Below, one piece after another: positions 1 through 14,000 of a stretch of 64,000 nt of DNA. The notes below the pieces were generated by a model. The model searched no databases and was not told the DNA's origin. It saw only the letters and a program-made list of their open reading frames with translations. The stretch's first letter is position 1. Each line of letters opens with the position of its first letter. The position numbers and the translations under genes were made by a program. This DNA comes from the human T2T-CHM13v2.0 reference genome, Homo sapiens: the NCBI RefSeq assembly GCF_009914755.1, contig NC_060940.1; one strand, given 5' to 3'.

Positions 1-1751
1 TCCGTTTGATGATGATTTCATTCGAGTCCATTTGATGATTCCATTTGATTCCATTCGATGATGATTCCATTCGAGTCCATTCGATGATTCTATTCGAATC
101 CATTTGATGATTTCTTTTGATTATATTTGGTGATGATTCCATTGGAGTCCATTCAATGATTCCATTCTATTCCAATCGATGATGATTCCATTAGAGTCCA
201 TTTAATGATTCCATTTGATTCCAGTCTCTGATGATTACATTCGAGTCCATACGATGATTCCACTCAATTCCATATGATGATGATTCCATTTGATTCCATT
301 CGGTGATTCCATTCTATTCTATTCAATGGTGATTCCATTCGAGTACATTAGATGATTCCATTCGATTCCATTCAATGATGATTCTATTTGTGTCCCTTAG
401 ATGATTCCACATGATTCCATTAGATGATGATACTATTTGAGCCCATCCAATGATTCCCTTCGATTCCATTCGATGAGGATTCCATTCGATTCAATTCATT
501 GGTGATTCTATTCAATTCAATTCTTTGATTCCATTCCATTCCATTCGACAATGATTCCATTCGATTTCTTTCGATGATTCCACTCGATTCCACTTGACAT
601 TGATTCCATTCGATTCCATTCAATGATTCCATTTGATTCCAGTGGATGATGATTGCCATCGATTCCATTCGATCACTCCATTCTATTCCATTTGATGATG
701 ATTACATTCGATTCCATTTGATGATTCCATCTGATTCTATTCGAGGATTCCATTTGATTCCATTCGATGATGATTCCATTCGAGTCCATTCGATGATTTC
801 ATTCGAGTACATCCAATGATTCCATTCGAGTCCATTAGATGATTCCATTTGATTCCATTTGAAAATGATTCTACTAGAGTCCATTCAATGACTCCATTCG
901 AGTCCATTCAACAATTCCATTCGACTCCATTCGATGATTCCATTCGATTCCATTTGATGGTTCCATTCGAGTCCATTTAATCATTACAGTCGAGTCCATT
1001 TGGTGATTCCACTGGATTTCCTTTGATAATGATACCATTCAATTACATTTGATGATGATCCCATTCAATTTCATTTGATGATGATTCCATTAGAGTCCAT
1101 TCGATGATTTCATTCGAGTCCCTTCATTGATTCCATCCGATTTCATTGGATGATGACTCCATTCGAGTCCATTCGATGATTCCACTCGATTCCATTAGAT
1201 GACTCCATTGGAGTCCATTTGATTGTTCCATTCGATTCCATTCGATTCCCTTCGAAGATTATTCCATTTGAGTCCATTCGATGATGATTCCATTCCATTC
1301 CATTCGATGATTCCGTTTGATTCCATTCGATGATTCCCTTCGATTCCTTTCTTTGATGATTCCATTCCATTCCATTCAATGATTCCATTCGAATCTATTC
1401 CATGATGATTCCTTTCGATTCCATTCGCTGATGTTTCCGTTCAATTCCATTCGATGATGATTCCATTCGATTCCATTCATTGAGGATTCCATTTGATTGC
1501 ATTCAATGATGATTCCATTCTATTCCATTCAATGATTGCATTCAATTCCATTCAATGATTATCCCATTAAAGTAAACTCAACGATTCCATTCAATACCAT
1601 TCGATGATGATTCCTTTTGAGTCCATTCAATGATTTCATTCAAGTCCATTTGATGATTCCTTTCAATTCCATTCTCTGATGATTCCATTCGAGTCCATTC
1701 GATGATTCCATTCGATTGCATTCGATGATTCCATTATATTCCATTCAACGG
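1..1751 (+). repeat. HOR unit U1 (partial; Y block only)
   Basis: Matches 5409-7159 at offset 5408 (ORF starts 420/5828, 702/6110, 1143/6551). Confidence 0.9.
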
Positions 1752-4700
1752 TGATTCCATTCGATTCCATTCGATGATTCCATTTGATTCCATGCGACGG
1801 TGAGCAATTCGATTCAATTCCATGATGATTCTATTTGATTCAATTAGATGATGTTTCCATTCGAATCCATTCCATGATTATTCCATTGGAATCCATTCGG
1901 CGATGATTCCATATGAGTCAATTCAATGATGATTCCATATGGGTCCGTTCGATGATAATTCCATTTGATTTCATTCGATGCTTCTATTCTATTCCAGTCG
2001 ATGATGATTCCGTTGGAGTCCATACGATGATTCCATTTGATTTCATTTGATGATGATTCCATTCGATGATGATTACATTGGATTCCATTCTATGATTCCA
2101 TTCAATTCCATTCGTTGATGATTCGATTCCATTCAATGATGATTCCATTTGAGTTCATTCGATGATTCTATTCGATTCCGTTCGATGGTGATTCAATTCT
2201 ATTATATTGGATGATTCCAGTCGATTCCATTTGATGATTATTCCATTAGAGTCCACTTAGTGAATCCTTTAGATTCTACTCGACGATGATTCCATTCGAG
2301 TCCATTCGATGATACCATTCAATTCCATTCGTTGATGCTTCCATTCAAGTGCATTCGATGATATCATTCGATTCCATTTGATGATAATTCCATTTGATTC
2401 CATGCGATGATTCTATTCGATTCCATTCAATGATAATTCCATTCAATTCAGTGATTCCTCTGGACTCCATTTGATGATGATTCCATTCAATGATTCCATT
2501 CGATTCTATTCGAAAATGATTCCATTTGAATCCATTTGATGATGATTCCATTAGATTCCATTTGATGATTCCATTCGATTCCATTCGACGATGATTCCAT
2601 TCGATTCCGTTTGATGATTCCATTCTATTCTATTCGATGATGATTCCATTCGATTCCATTCGATGATGATTGGATTCGATTCCATTTGATGATTTCATTT
2701 GATTCCATTCGTTAATGATTTCGATCAATTCCATTCGATGATTCCATTCGATTCCATTCGATAATGATTACATCCGAGTCCATTCGATGATTCCCTTTGA
2801 GCCTGTTCGATAATTCCATTTGAGTCCAACCAATGATTCCATTCATTTCCATTCAATGATTCCATTCGAGTCCATTTGATCATTCCGGTAGGGTCCATTC
2901 GATGTTGATTCCATTGGAGTGCATTCGATGATTCCATTCGAGTCCATTTTAGGATTTGATTCGAGTCCTTTCGATGATTCCATTCGATTCCACTCGATGA
3001 TGATTTCATTCGAGTCCATTCGACACTTCCAATCGATTCCATTTGATGATTCCATTCGAGTCCAATTGATGATTCCATTCAATTCCATTCGATGATGATT
3101 CCGTACGATTCCATTCTGTGATGATTCCATGTGATTGCATTCAATGATGATTCCTTTCGATTGCATTCGATTATGATTCATTTCGTGTTCATTCTATGGT
3201 TCCACAGGTTTCCATTCGTGTCCATTCCATTATTCCATTCTATTCCATTTGATGATGATTCCATTCGATTCCATTCATTGGTGATTCCACTCAATTCCAT
3301 TCAATGATTCCATTCCATTTCTTTCAACAATGATTCCATTAGTTTCTAATCGATGATCCACTTGATTCCATTTGACGACGATTCCATTCTTGTCCATTCG
3401 ATGATTCCATTTGATTCCATATGATGATGATTCCATTCGATTCCATACCATGATGATTCCATTCGAGTCCATTCAATGGTGATTCCATTCAATTCCATTC
3501 GATGATTCCTTTTGATTCCATTCGATGATGATGGCATTCGATTCCTTTCGATCATTCCCTTTGATTCCATTCAAAGGAGATTTCATTCAAGTCCATTCGA
3601 TAATTGCATTCGATTCCATTCTATGATGATTCCATTCGAGTCTATTTGATGATTCCATTCAATTCAAGTCAATGATGATTCCATTCGATTCCATTCGATG
3701 ATTCCATTGGATTCCATTCGATGATGATTCCATTCAAATCCATTCGATAATTCAATTCAAGTCCATTCGATGATGATTCCAATCGAATCCATTCAAAGAT
3801 TCCATTCAGTTCCATTCGATGATTCCCTTAGATTCCATTCGATGATTCCACTTGATTGCATTTACGATGATTCCATTCGATTCCATGTGATGATTCCATT
3901 CAATTCTATTCAATGATGTCTCCATTTGGTTCCATTCGACCATGATTGCCTTTGATTCCATTCAATGATTCCATTCGGTTCCTTTTGATGATGATTCCGT
4001 TCGATTCCATTTGATGATTCCATTTGATTCCATTGGATGAGTCCATTCGATTACATTCGATGATTATTCCATTCGAGTGCATTAGATGATTCCATTCGAG
4101 TCCATTCGATGATTCCATTCGATTCCATTCGATGTTGATTCTGTTCAAATCCATTCGATGATTCCACTTGATTCCATTCGTTGACTCCATTTGATCCCAT
4201 TCGATGATTTCCTTTGATTCCCTTTGATGATCATTCCATTTGATTCAATTCGGTGATTTCATTTGATTCCATTCAGTGATGTTTCCATTCGACTCCATTC
4301 GATGATGATTCCATTCGACTCCATTCGATTATGATTTCATTCAATTCCATTCGATAATGATTCCCTTCGAGTCCATTCGATGATTCCATTCGATTCCATT
4401 CAACGATGATTTGATTCGTGTCCATTCGATGATTCCATTTGATTCCACTTGATGATGATTCCATTCGAGTCCATTTGATGATTCCATTCAATTCCATACT
4501 CCGATGATTTCTTTTGAGCCCACTCAATGCTTCCACTCGATTCCATATGATGATGACTCCATTCGATGAAATTCGATGATGATTCCATTCGCTTGTTTTC
4601 GATGATGATTCCACTTGAGTCCGTTAGAAGGTTCTATTCAATTACATTCCATGACGATTCCGTTCGAGTCCATTTGATGATTCCATTAGACTCCATTCGA

Positions 4701-7159
4701 CGATGATTCCATTCGATGTTATTCGATGATTCCATTCGATCTCATTCGATGATGATTCCATTCAACTCCATTCGATGTTTCCATTCGAGTTCATTCTATT
4801 ATTCCATTAGATTCCATTCGATGATGATTCCATTCGATTCCATTTGATGATTGCATTCTATTTCATTTGATGATGATTCCATTCGAGTCCACTCGATGAT
4901 TCCATTCGAGTCCATTTAATGAATCCATTGGTTTCGATTCTATGATGATTACATTGGATTCCATTCGTTGATGATTTCATTCGGTTCCATTCAATGATGA
5001 TTCCATTCAATTCCTTTCAATGTTTCCATTCAATTCCATACGATGATGATTCCATTTGATTTGATTCGACAGTGAGCCATTCGATTCAATTCCATGATGA
5101 TTCTATTTGATTCAATTGGTTGACATTTCCATTCGATTCCATTCGATGATGATTCCCTTTGATTCCGTTCAAAGATGATTCCATTCTAGCCCATTCAATC
5201 ATTCCATTCGATTCTATTCAATGATGATTCCATTCATGTCGATTTGGTGATTCCATTTGACTTCATTTGATGATGATTCCTTTCAAGTTCATTAGATGAT
5301 TCCATTCGATTCCATTTGATGATGATCCCATTCGAGTCCATTCAGTGATTCCATTCGTTTCCATTCCATGATGATTCCATTCCTTTCCATTCAATGATTC
5401 CATTCGATTCCGTTTGATGATGATTTCATTCGAGTCCATTTGATGATTCCATTTGATTCCATTCGATGATGATTCCATTCGAGTCCATTCGATGATTCTA
5501 TTCGAATCCATTTGATGATTTCTTTTGATTATATTTGGTGATGATTCCATTGGAGTCCATTCAATGATTCCATTCTATTCCAATCGATGATGATTCCATT
5601 AGAGTCCATTTAATGATTCCATTTGATTCCAGTCTCTGATGATTACATTCGAGTCCATACGATGATTCCACTCAATTCCATATGATGATGATTCCATTTG
5701 ATTCCATTCGGTGATTCCATTCTATTCTATTCAATGGTGATTCCATTCGAGTACATTAGATGATTCCATTCGATTCCATTCAATGATGATTCTATTTGTG
5801 TCCCTTAGATGATTCCACATGATTCCATTAGATGATGATACTATTTGAGCCCATCCAATGATTCCCTTCGATTCCATTCGATGAGGATTCCATTCGATTC
5901 AATTCATTGGTGATTCTATTCAATTCAATTCTTTGATTCCATTCCATTCCATTCGACAATGATTCCATTCGATTTCTTTCGATGATTCCACTCGATTCCA
6001 CTTGACATTGATTCCATTCGATTCCATTCAATGATTCCATTTGATTCCAGTGGATGATGATTGCCATCGATTCCATTCGATCACTCCATTCTATTCCATT
6101 TGATGATGATTACATTCGATTCCATTTGATGATTCCATCTGATTCTATTCGAGGATTCCATTTGATTCCATTCGATGATGATTCCATTCGAGTCCATTCG
6201 ATGATTTCATTCGAGTACATCCAATGATTCCATTCGAGTCCATTAGATGATTCCATTTGATTCCATTTGAAAATGATTCTACTAGAGTCCATTCAATGAC
6301 TCCATTCGAGTCCATTCAACAATTCCATTCGACTCCATTCGATGATTCCATTCGATTCCATTTGATGGTTCCATTCGAGTCCATTTAATCATTACAGTCG
6401 AGTCCATTTGGTGATTCCACTGGATTTCCTTTGATAATGATACCATTCAATTACATTTGATGATGATCCCATTCAATTTCATTTGATGATGATTCCATTA
6501 GAGTCCATTCGATGATTTCATTCGAGTCCCTTCATTGATTCCATCCGATTTCATTGGATGATGACTCCATTCGAGTCCATTCGATGATTCCACTCGATTC
6601 CATTAGATGACTCCATTGGAGTCCATTTGATTGTTCCATTCGATTCCATTCGATTCCCTTCGAAGATTATTCTATTTGAGTCCATTCGATGATGATTCCA
6701 TTCCATTCCATTCGATGATTCCGTTTGATTCCATTCGATGATTCCCTTCGATTCCTTTCTTTGATGATTCCATTCCATTCCATTCAATGATTCCATTCGA
6801 ATCTATTCCATGATGATTCCTTTCGATTCCATTCGCTGATGTTTCCGTTCAATTCCATTCGATGATGATTCCATTCGATTCCATTCATTGAGGATTCCAT
6901 TTGATTGCATTCAATGATGATTCCATTCTATTCCATTCAATGATTGCATTCAATTCCATTCAATGATTATCCCATTAGAGTAAACTCAACGATTCCATTC
7001 AATACCATTCGATGATGATTCCTTTTGAGTCCATTCAATGATTTCATTCAAGTCCATTTGATGATTCCTTTCAATTCCATTCTCTGATGATTCCATTCGA
7101 GTCCATTCGATGATTCCATTCGATTGCATTCGATGATTCCATTATATTCCATTCAACGG
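1752..7159 (+). repeat. HOR unit U2, 5,408 bp (X block lacking its first 704 bp, plus Y)
   Basis: The offset to the next copy changes from 5408 to 6112 at 1752-1764, and the 132-aa marker ORF (7252-7650 type) is absent. Confidence 0.9.
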
Positions 7160-10100
7160 TGATTCCATTCGAGTCCATTCGATGATTCCATTAGAGTACA
7201 TTTAATGATTGCTTTGTTTTCAATTCGAAGATGATTACATTGGATTCCATTCTATGATACCATTTGATTCCATTCAATGATGATTCCACTCAAATCCATT
7301 GGATGATTCCATTCGTGTCCATTCGGTGATTTCATTAGATTCCATTCGAGGATGATTCCATTCGATTCCATTCGATGATTCCATTCAATTCCATTCGATG
7401 ATGATTCCATTCCAGTCCATATGATCATTCCATTTGATTTCATTCGATGATGATTCCATTCGATTCCATTCGACGATTCCATTCTATTCCATTCGATGAT
7501 GATTCCATTCGAGTCCATTCGATGATTCCATTCGAGTCCATTTAATGATTCCATTGGGTTCAATTCAATGACGATTACATTGGATTCCGTTCTATGATTC
7601 CATTCAATTCCGTTCATTGACAATTTGATTCCATTCGATGATGATTCCATTTGAGTTCATTCGATGATTCTATTCGATTCTCTTCGATGGTGATTCAATT
7701 CTATTATATTGGATGATTCCATTCGATTCCATTTGATGTTGATTCAATTCGATTCTATTCGATGATGATTCCATTGGATTTCACTTGATGATTCTATTCG
7801 ATTCCATTCAATGATGATTCACTTCTCGTCCATTGGATGATTCCATTTCATTCCATTCGATGATGATTCCATTCGATTCCATTCGATGATTCCATTTGAT
7901 TCCATGCGACGGTGAGCAATTCAATTCAATTCCATGATGATTCTATTTGATTCAATTAGATGATGTTTCCATTCGAATCCATTCCATGATTATTCCATTG
8001 GAATCCATTCGGCGATGATTCCATATGAGTCAATTTAATGATGATTCCATATGGGTCAGTTCGATGATAATTCCATTTGATTTCATTCGATGCTTCTATT
8101 CTATTCCAGTCGATGATGATTCCGTTGGAGTCCATACGATGATTCCATTTGATTTCATTTGATGATGATTCCATTCGATGATGATTACATTGGATTCCAT
8201 TCTATGATTCCATTCAATTCCATTCGTTGATGATTCGATTCCATTCAATGATGATTCCATTTGAGTTCATTCGATGATTCTATTCGATTCCGTTCGATGG
8301 TGATTCAATTCTATTATATTGGATGATTCCAGTCGATTCCATTTGATGATTATTCCATTGGAGTCCACTTAGTGAATCCTTTAGATTCTACTCGACGATG
8401 ATTCCATTCGAGTCCATTCGATGATACCATTCACTTCCATTCGTTGATGCTTCCATTCAAGTGCATTCGATGATATCATTCGATTCCATTTGATGATAAT
8501 TCCATTTGATTCCATGCGATGATTCTATTCGATTCCATTCAATGATAATTCCATTCAATTCAGTGATTCCTCTGGACTCCATTTGATGATGATTCCATTC
8601 AATGATTCCATTCGATTCTATTCGAAAATGATTCCATTTGAATCCATTTGATGATGATTCCATTAGATTCCATTTGATGATTCCATTCGATTCCATTCGA
8701 CGATGATTCCATTCGATTCCGTTTGATGATTCCATTCTATTCTATTCGATGATGATTCCATTCGATTCCATTCGATGATGATTGGATTCGATTCCATTTG
8801 ATGATTTCATTTGATTCCATTCGTTAATGATTTCGATCAATTCCATTCGATGATTCCATTCGATTCCATTCGATAATGATTACATCCGAGTCCATTCGAT
8901 GATTCCCTTTGAGCCTGTTCGATAATTCCATTTGAGTCCAACCAATGATTCCATTCATTTCCATTCAATGATTCCATTCGAGTCCATTTGATCATTCCGG
9001 TAGGGTCCATTCGATGTTGATTCCATTGGAGTGCATTCGATGATTCCATTCGAGTCCATTTTAGGATTTGATTCGAGTCCTTTCGATGATTCCATTCGAT
9101 TCCACTCGATGATGATTTCATTCGAGTCCATTCGACACTTCCAATCGATTCCATTTGATGATTCCATTCGAGTCCAATTGATGATTCCATTCAATTCCAT
9201 TCGATGATGATTCCGTACGATTCCATTCTGTGATGATTCCATGTGATTGCATTCAATGATGATTCCTTTCGATTGCATTCGATTATGATTCATTTCGTGT
9301 TCATTCTATGGTTCCACAGGTTTCCATTCGTGTCCATTCCATTATTCCATTCTATTCCATTTGATGATGATTCCATTCGATTCCATTCATTGGTGATTCC
9401 ACTCAATTCCATTCAATGATTCCATTCCATTTCTTTCAACAATGATTCCATTAGTTTCTAATCGATGATCCACTTGATTCCATTTGACGACGATTCCATT
9501 CTTGTCCATTCGATGATTCCATTTGATTCCATATGATGATGATTCCATTCGATTCCATACCATGATGATTCCATTCGAGTCCATTCAACGGTGATTCCAT
9601 TCAATTCCATTCGATGATTCCTTTTGATTCCATTCGATGATGATGGCATTCGATTCCTTTCAATCATTCCCTTTGATTCCATTCAAAGGTGATTTCATTC
9701 AAGTCCATTCGATAATTGCATTCGATTCCATTCTATGATGATTCCATTCGAGTCCATTTGATGATTCCATTCAATTCAAGTCAATGATGATTCCATTCGA
9801 TTCCATTCGATGATTCCATTGGATTCCATTCGATGATGATTCCATTCAAATCCATTCGATAATTCAATTCAAGTCCATTCGATGATGATTCCAATCGAAT
9901 CCATTCAAAGATTCCATTCAGTTCCATTCGATGATTCCCTTAGATTCCATTCGATGATTCCACTTGATTGCATTTACGATGATTCCATTCAATTCCATGT
10001 GATGATTCCATTCAATTCTATTCAATGATGTCTCCATTTGATTCCATTCGACCATGATTGCCTTTGATTCCATTCAATGATTCCATTCGGTTCCGTTTGA

Positions 10101-11008
10101 TGATGATTCCGTTCGATTCCATTTGATGATTCCATTTGATTCCATTGGATGAGTCCATTCGATTACATTCGATGATTATTCCATTCGAGTGCATTAGATG
10201 ATTCCATTCGAGTCCATTCGATGATTCCATTCGATTCCATTCGATGTTGATTCTGTTCAAATCCATTCGATGATTCCACTCGATTCCATTCGTTGACTCC
10301 ATTTGATCCCATTCGATGATTTCCTTTGATTCCCTTTGATGATCATTCCATTTGATTCAATTCGGTGATTTCATTTGATTCCATTCAGTGATGTTTCCAT
10401 TCGACTCCATTCGATGATGATTCCATTCGACTCCATTCGATTATGATTTCATTCAATTCCATTCGATAATGATTCCCTTCGAGTCCATTCGATGATTCCA
10501 TTCGATTCCATTCAACGATGATTTGATTCGTGTCCATTCGATGATTCCATTTGATTCCACTTGATGATGATTCCATTCGAGTCCATTTGATGATTCCATT
10601 CAATTCCATACTCCGATGATTTCTTTTGAGCCCACTCAATGCTTCCACTCGATTCCATATGATGATGACTCCATTCGATGAAATTCGATGATGATTCCAT
10701 TCGCTTGCTTTCGATGATGATTCCACTTGAGTCCGTTAGAAGACTCTATTCAATTACATTCCATGACGATTCCGTTCGAGTCCATTTGATGATTCCATTA
10801 GACTCCATTCGACGATGATTCCATTCGATGTTATTCGATGATTCCATTCGATCTCATTCGATGATGATTCCATTCAACTCCATTCGATGTTTCCATTCGA
10901 GTTCATTCTATTATTCCATTAGATTCCATTCGATGATGATTCCATTCGATTCCATTTGATGATTGCATTCTATTTCATTTGATGATGATTCCATTCGAGT
11001 CCACTCGA
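7160..11008 (+). repeat. HOR unit U3, 3,849 bp (X only)
   Basis: Marker spacing is 3849 (7252 to 11101); the Y-block markers (95, 82, 60 and 81-aa ORFs) are absent. Confidence 0.9.
7570..8348 (+). repeat. Internal ~170-bp direct repeat pair within the HOR (7570-7738 and 8180-8348; 610 bp apart), present in each intact X block
   Basis: GATTACATTGGATTCC(G/A)TTCTATGATTCCATTCAATTCC...GAGTTCATTCGATGATTCTATTCGATTC(TC/CG)TTCGATGGTGATTCAATTCTATTATATTGGATGATTCCA occurs twice at an exact 610-bp offset. Confidence 0.88.
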
Positions 11009-14000
11009 TGATTCCATTCGAGTCCATTCCATGATTCCATTAGAGTACATTTAATGATTGCTTTGTTTTCAATTCGAAGATGATTACATTGGATTCCATT
11101 CTATGATACCATTCGATTCCATTCAATGATGATTCCACTCAAATCCATTGGATGATTCCATTCGTGTCCATTCGGTGATTTCATTAGATTCCATTCGAGG
11201 ATGATTCCATTCGATTCCATTCGATGATTCCATTCAATTCCATTCGATGATGATTCCATTCCAGTCCATATGATCATTCCATTTGATTTCATTCGATGAT
11301 GATTCCATTCGATTCCATTCGACGATTCCATTCTATTCCATTCGATGATGATTCCATTCGAGTCCATTCGATCATTCCATTCGAGTCCATTTAATGATTC
11401 CATTGGGTTCAATTCAATGATGATTACATTGGATTCCGTTCTATGATTCCATTCAATTCCGTTCATTGACAATTTGATTCCATTCGATGATGATTCCATT
11501 TGAGTTCATTCGATGATTCTATTCGATTCTCTTCGATGGTGATTCAATTCTATTATATTGGATGATTCCATTCGATTCCATTTGATGTTGATTCAATTCG
11601 ATTCTATTCGATGATGATTCCATTGGATTTCACTTGATGATTCTATTCGATTCCATTCAATGATGATTCACTTCTCGTCCATTGGATGATTCCATTTCAT
11701 TCCATTCGATGATGATTCCATTCGATTCCATTCGATGATTCCATTTGATTCCATGCGACGGTGAGCAATTCGATTCAATTCCATGATGATTCTATTTGAT
11801 TCAATTAGATGATGTTTCCATTCGAATCCATTCCATGATTATTCCATTGGAATCCATTCGGCGATGATTCCATATGAGTCAATTCAATGATGATTCCATA
11901 TGGGTCCGTTCGATGATAATTCCATTTGATTTCATTCGATGCTTCTATTCTATTCCAGTCGATGATGATTCCGTTGGAGTCCATACGATGATTCCATTTG
12001 ATTTCATTTGATGATGATTCCATTCGATGATGATTACATTGGATTCCATTCTATGATTCCATTCAATTCCATTCGTTGATGATTCGATTCCATTCAATGA
12101 TGATTCCATTTGAGTTCATTCGATGATTCTATTCGATTCCGTTCGATGGTGATTCAATTCTATTATATTGGATGATTCCAGTCGATTCCATTTGATGATT
12201 ATTCCATTGGAGTCCACTTAGTGAATCCTTTAGATTCTACTCGACGATGATTCCATTCGAGTCCATTCGATGATACCATTCAATTCCATTCGTTGATGCT
12301 TCCATTCAAGTGCATTCGATGATATCATTCGATTCCATTTGATGATAATTCCATTTGATTCCATGCGATGATTCTATTCGATTCCATTCAATGATAATTC
12401 CATTCAATTCAGTGATTCCTCTGGACTCCATTTGATGATGATTCCATTCAATGATTCCATTCGATTCTATTCGAAAATGATTCCATTTGAATCCATTTGA
12501 TGATGATTCCATTAGATTCCATTTGATGATTCCATTCGATTCCATTCGACGATGATTCCATTCGATTCCGTTTGATGATTCCATTCTATTCTATTCGATG
12601 ATGATTCCATTCGATTCCATTCGATGATGATTGGATTCGATTCCATTTGATGATTTCATTTGATTCCATTCGTTAATGATTTCGATCAATTCCATTCGAT
12701 GATTCCATTCGATTCCATTCGATAATGATTACATCCGAGTCCATTCGATGATTCCCTTTGAGCCTGTTCGATAATTCCATTTGAGTCCAACCAATGATTC
12801 CATTCATTTCCATTCAATGATTCCATTCGAGTCCATTTGATCATTCCGGTAGGGTCCATTCGATGTTGATTCCATTGGAGTGCATTCGATGATTCCATTC
12901 GAGTCCATTTTAGGATTTGATTCGAGTCCTTTCGATGATTCCATTCGATTCCACTCGATGATGATTTCATTCGAGTCCATTCGACACTTCCAATCGATTC
13001 CATTTGATGATTCCATTCGAGTCCAATTGATGATTCCATTCAATTCCATTCGATGATGATTCCGTACGATTCCATTCTGTGATGATTCCATGTGATTGCA
13101 TTCAATGATGATTCCTTTCGATTGCATTCGATTATGATTCATTTCGTGTTCATTCTATGGTTCCACAGGTTTCCATTCGTGTCCATTCCATTATTCCATT
13201 CTATTCCATTTGATGATGATTCCATTCGATTCCATTCATTGGTGATTCCACTCAATTCCATTCAATGATTCCATTCCATTTCTTTCAACAATGATTCCAT
13301 TAGTTTCTAATCGATGATCCACTTGATTCCATTTGACGACGATTCCATTCTTGTCCATTCGATGATTCCATTTGATTCCATATGATGATGATTCCATTCG
13401 ATTCCATACCATGATGATTCCATTCGAGTCCATTCAACGGTGATTCCATTCAATTCCATTCGATGATTCCTTTTGATTCCATTCGATGATGATGGCATTC
13501 GATTCCTTTCAATCATTCCCTTTGATTCCATTCAAAGGTGATTTCATTCAAGTCCATTCGATAATTGCATTCGATTCCATTCTATGATGATTCCATTCGA
13601 GTCCATTTGATGATTCCATTCAATTCAAGTCAATGATGATTCCATTCGATTCCATTCGATGATTCCATTGGATTCCATTCGATGATGATTCCATTCAAAT
13701 CCATTCGATAATTCAATTCAAGTCCATTCGATGATGATTCCAATCGAATCCATTCAAAGATTCCATTCAGTTCCATTCGATGATTCCCTTAGATTCCATT
13801 CGATGATTCCACTTGATTGCATTTACGATGATTCCATTCGATTCCATGTGATGATTCCATTCAATTCTATTCAATGATGTCTCCATTTGATTCCATTCGA
13901 CCATGATTGCCTTTGATTCCATTCAATGATTCCATTCGGTTCCGTTTGATGATGATTCCGTTCGATTCCATTTGATGATTCCATTTGATTCCATTGGATG

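Noticed and set aside
3181-3235. Locally atypical stretch TTTCGTGTTCATTCTATGGTTCCACAGGTTTCC (resembles a splice acceptor or foreign insert)
   Set aside because: It still aligns to the monomer frame as a diverged copy and is present in every unit; there is no exon or partner site to support a function.
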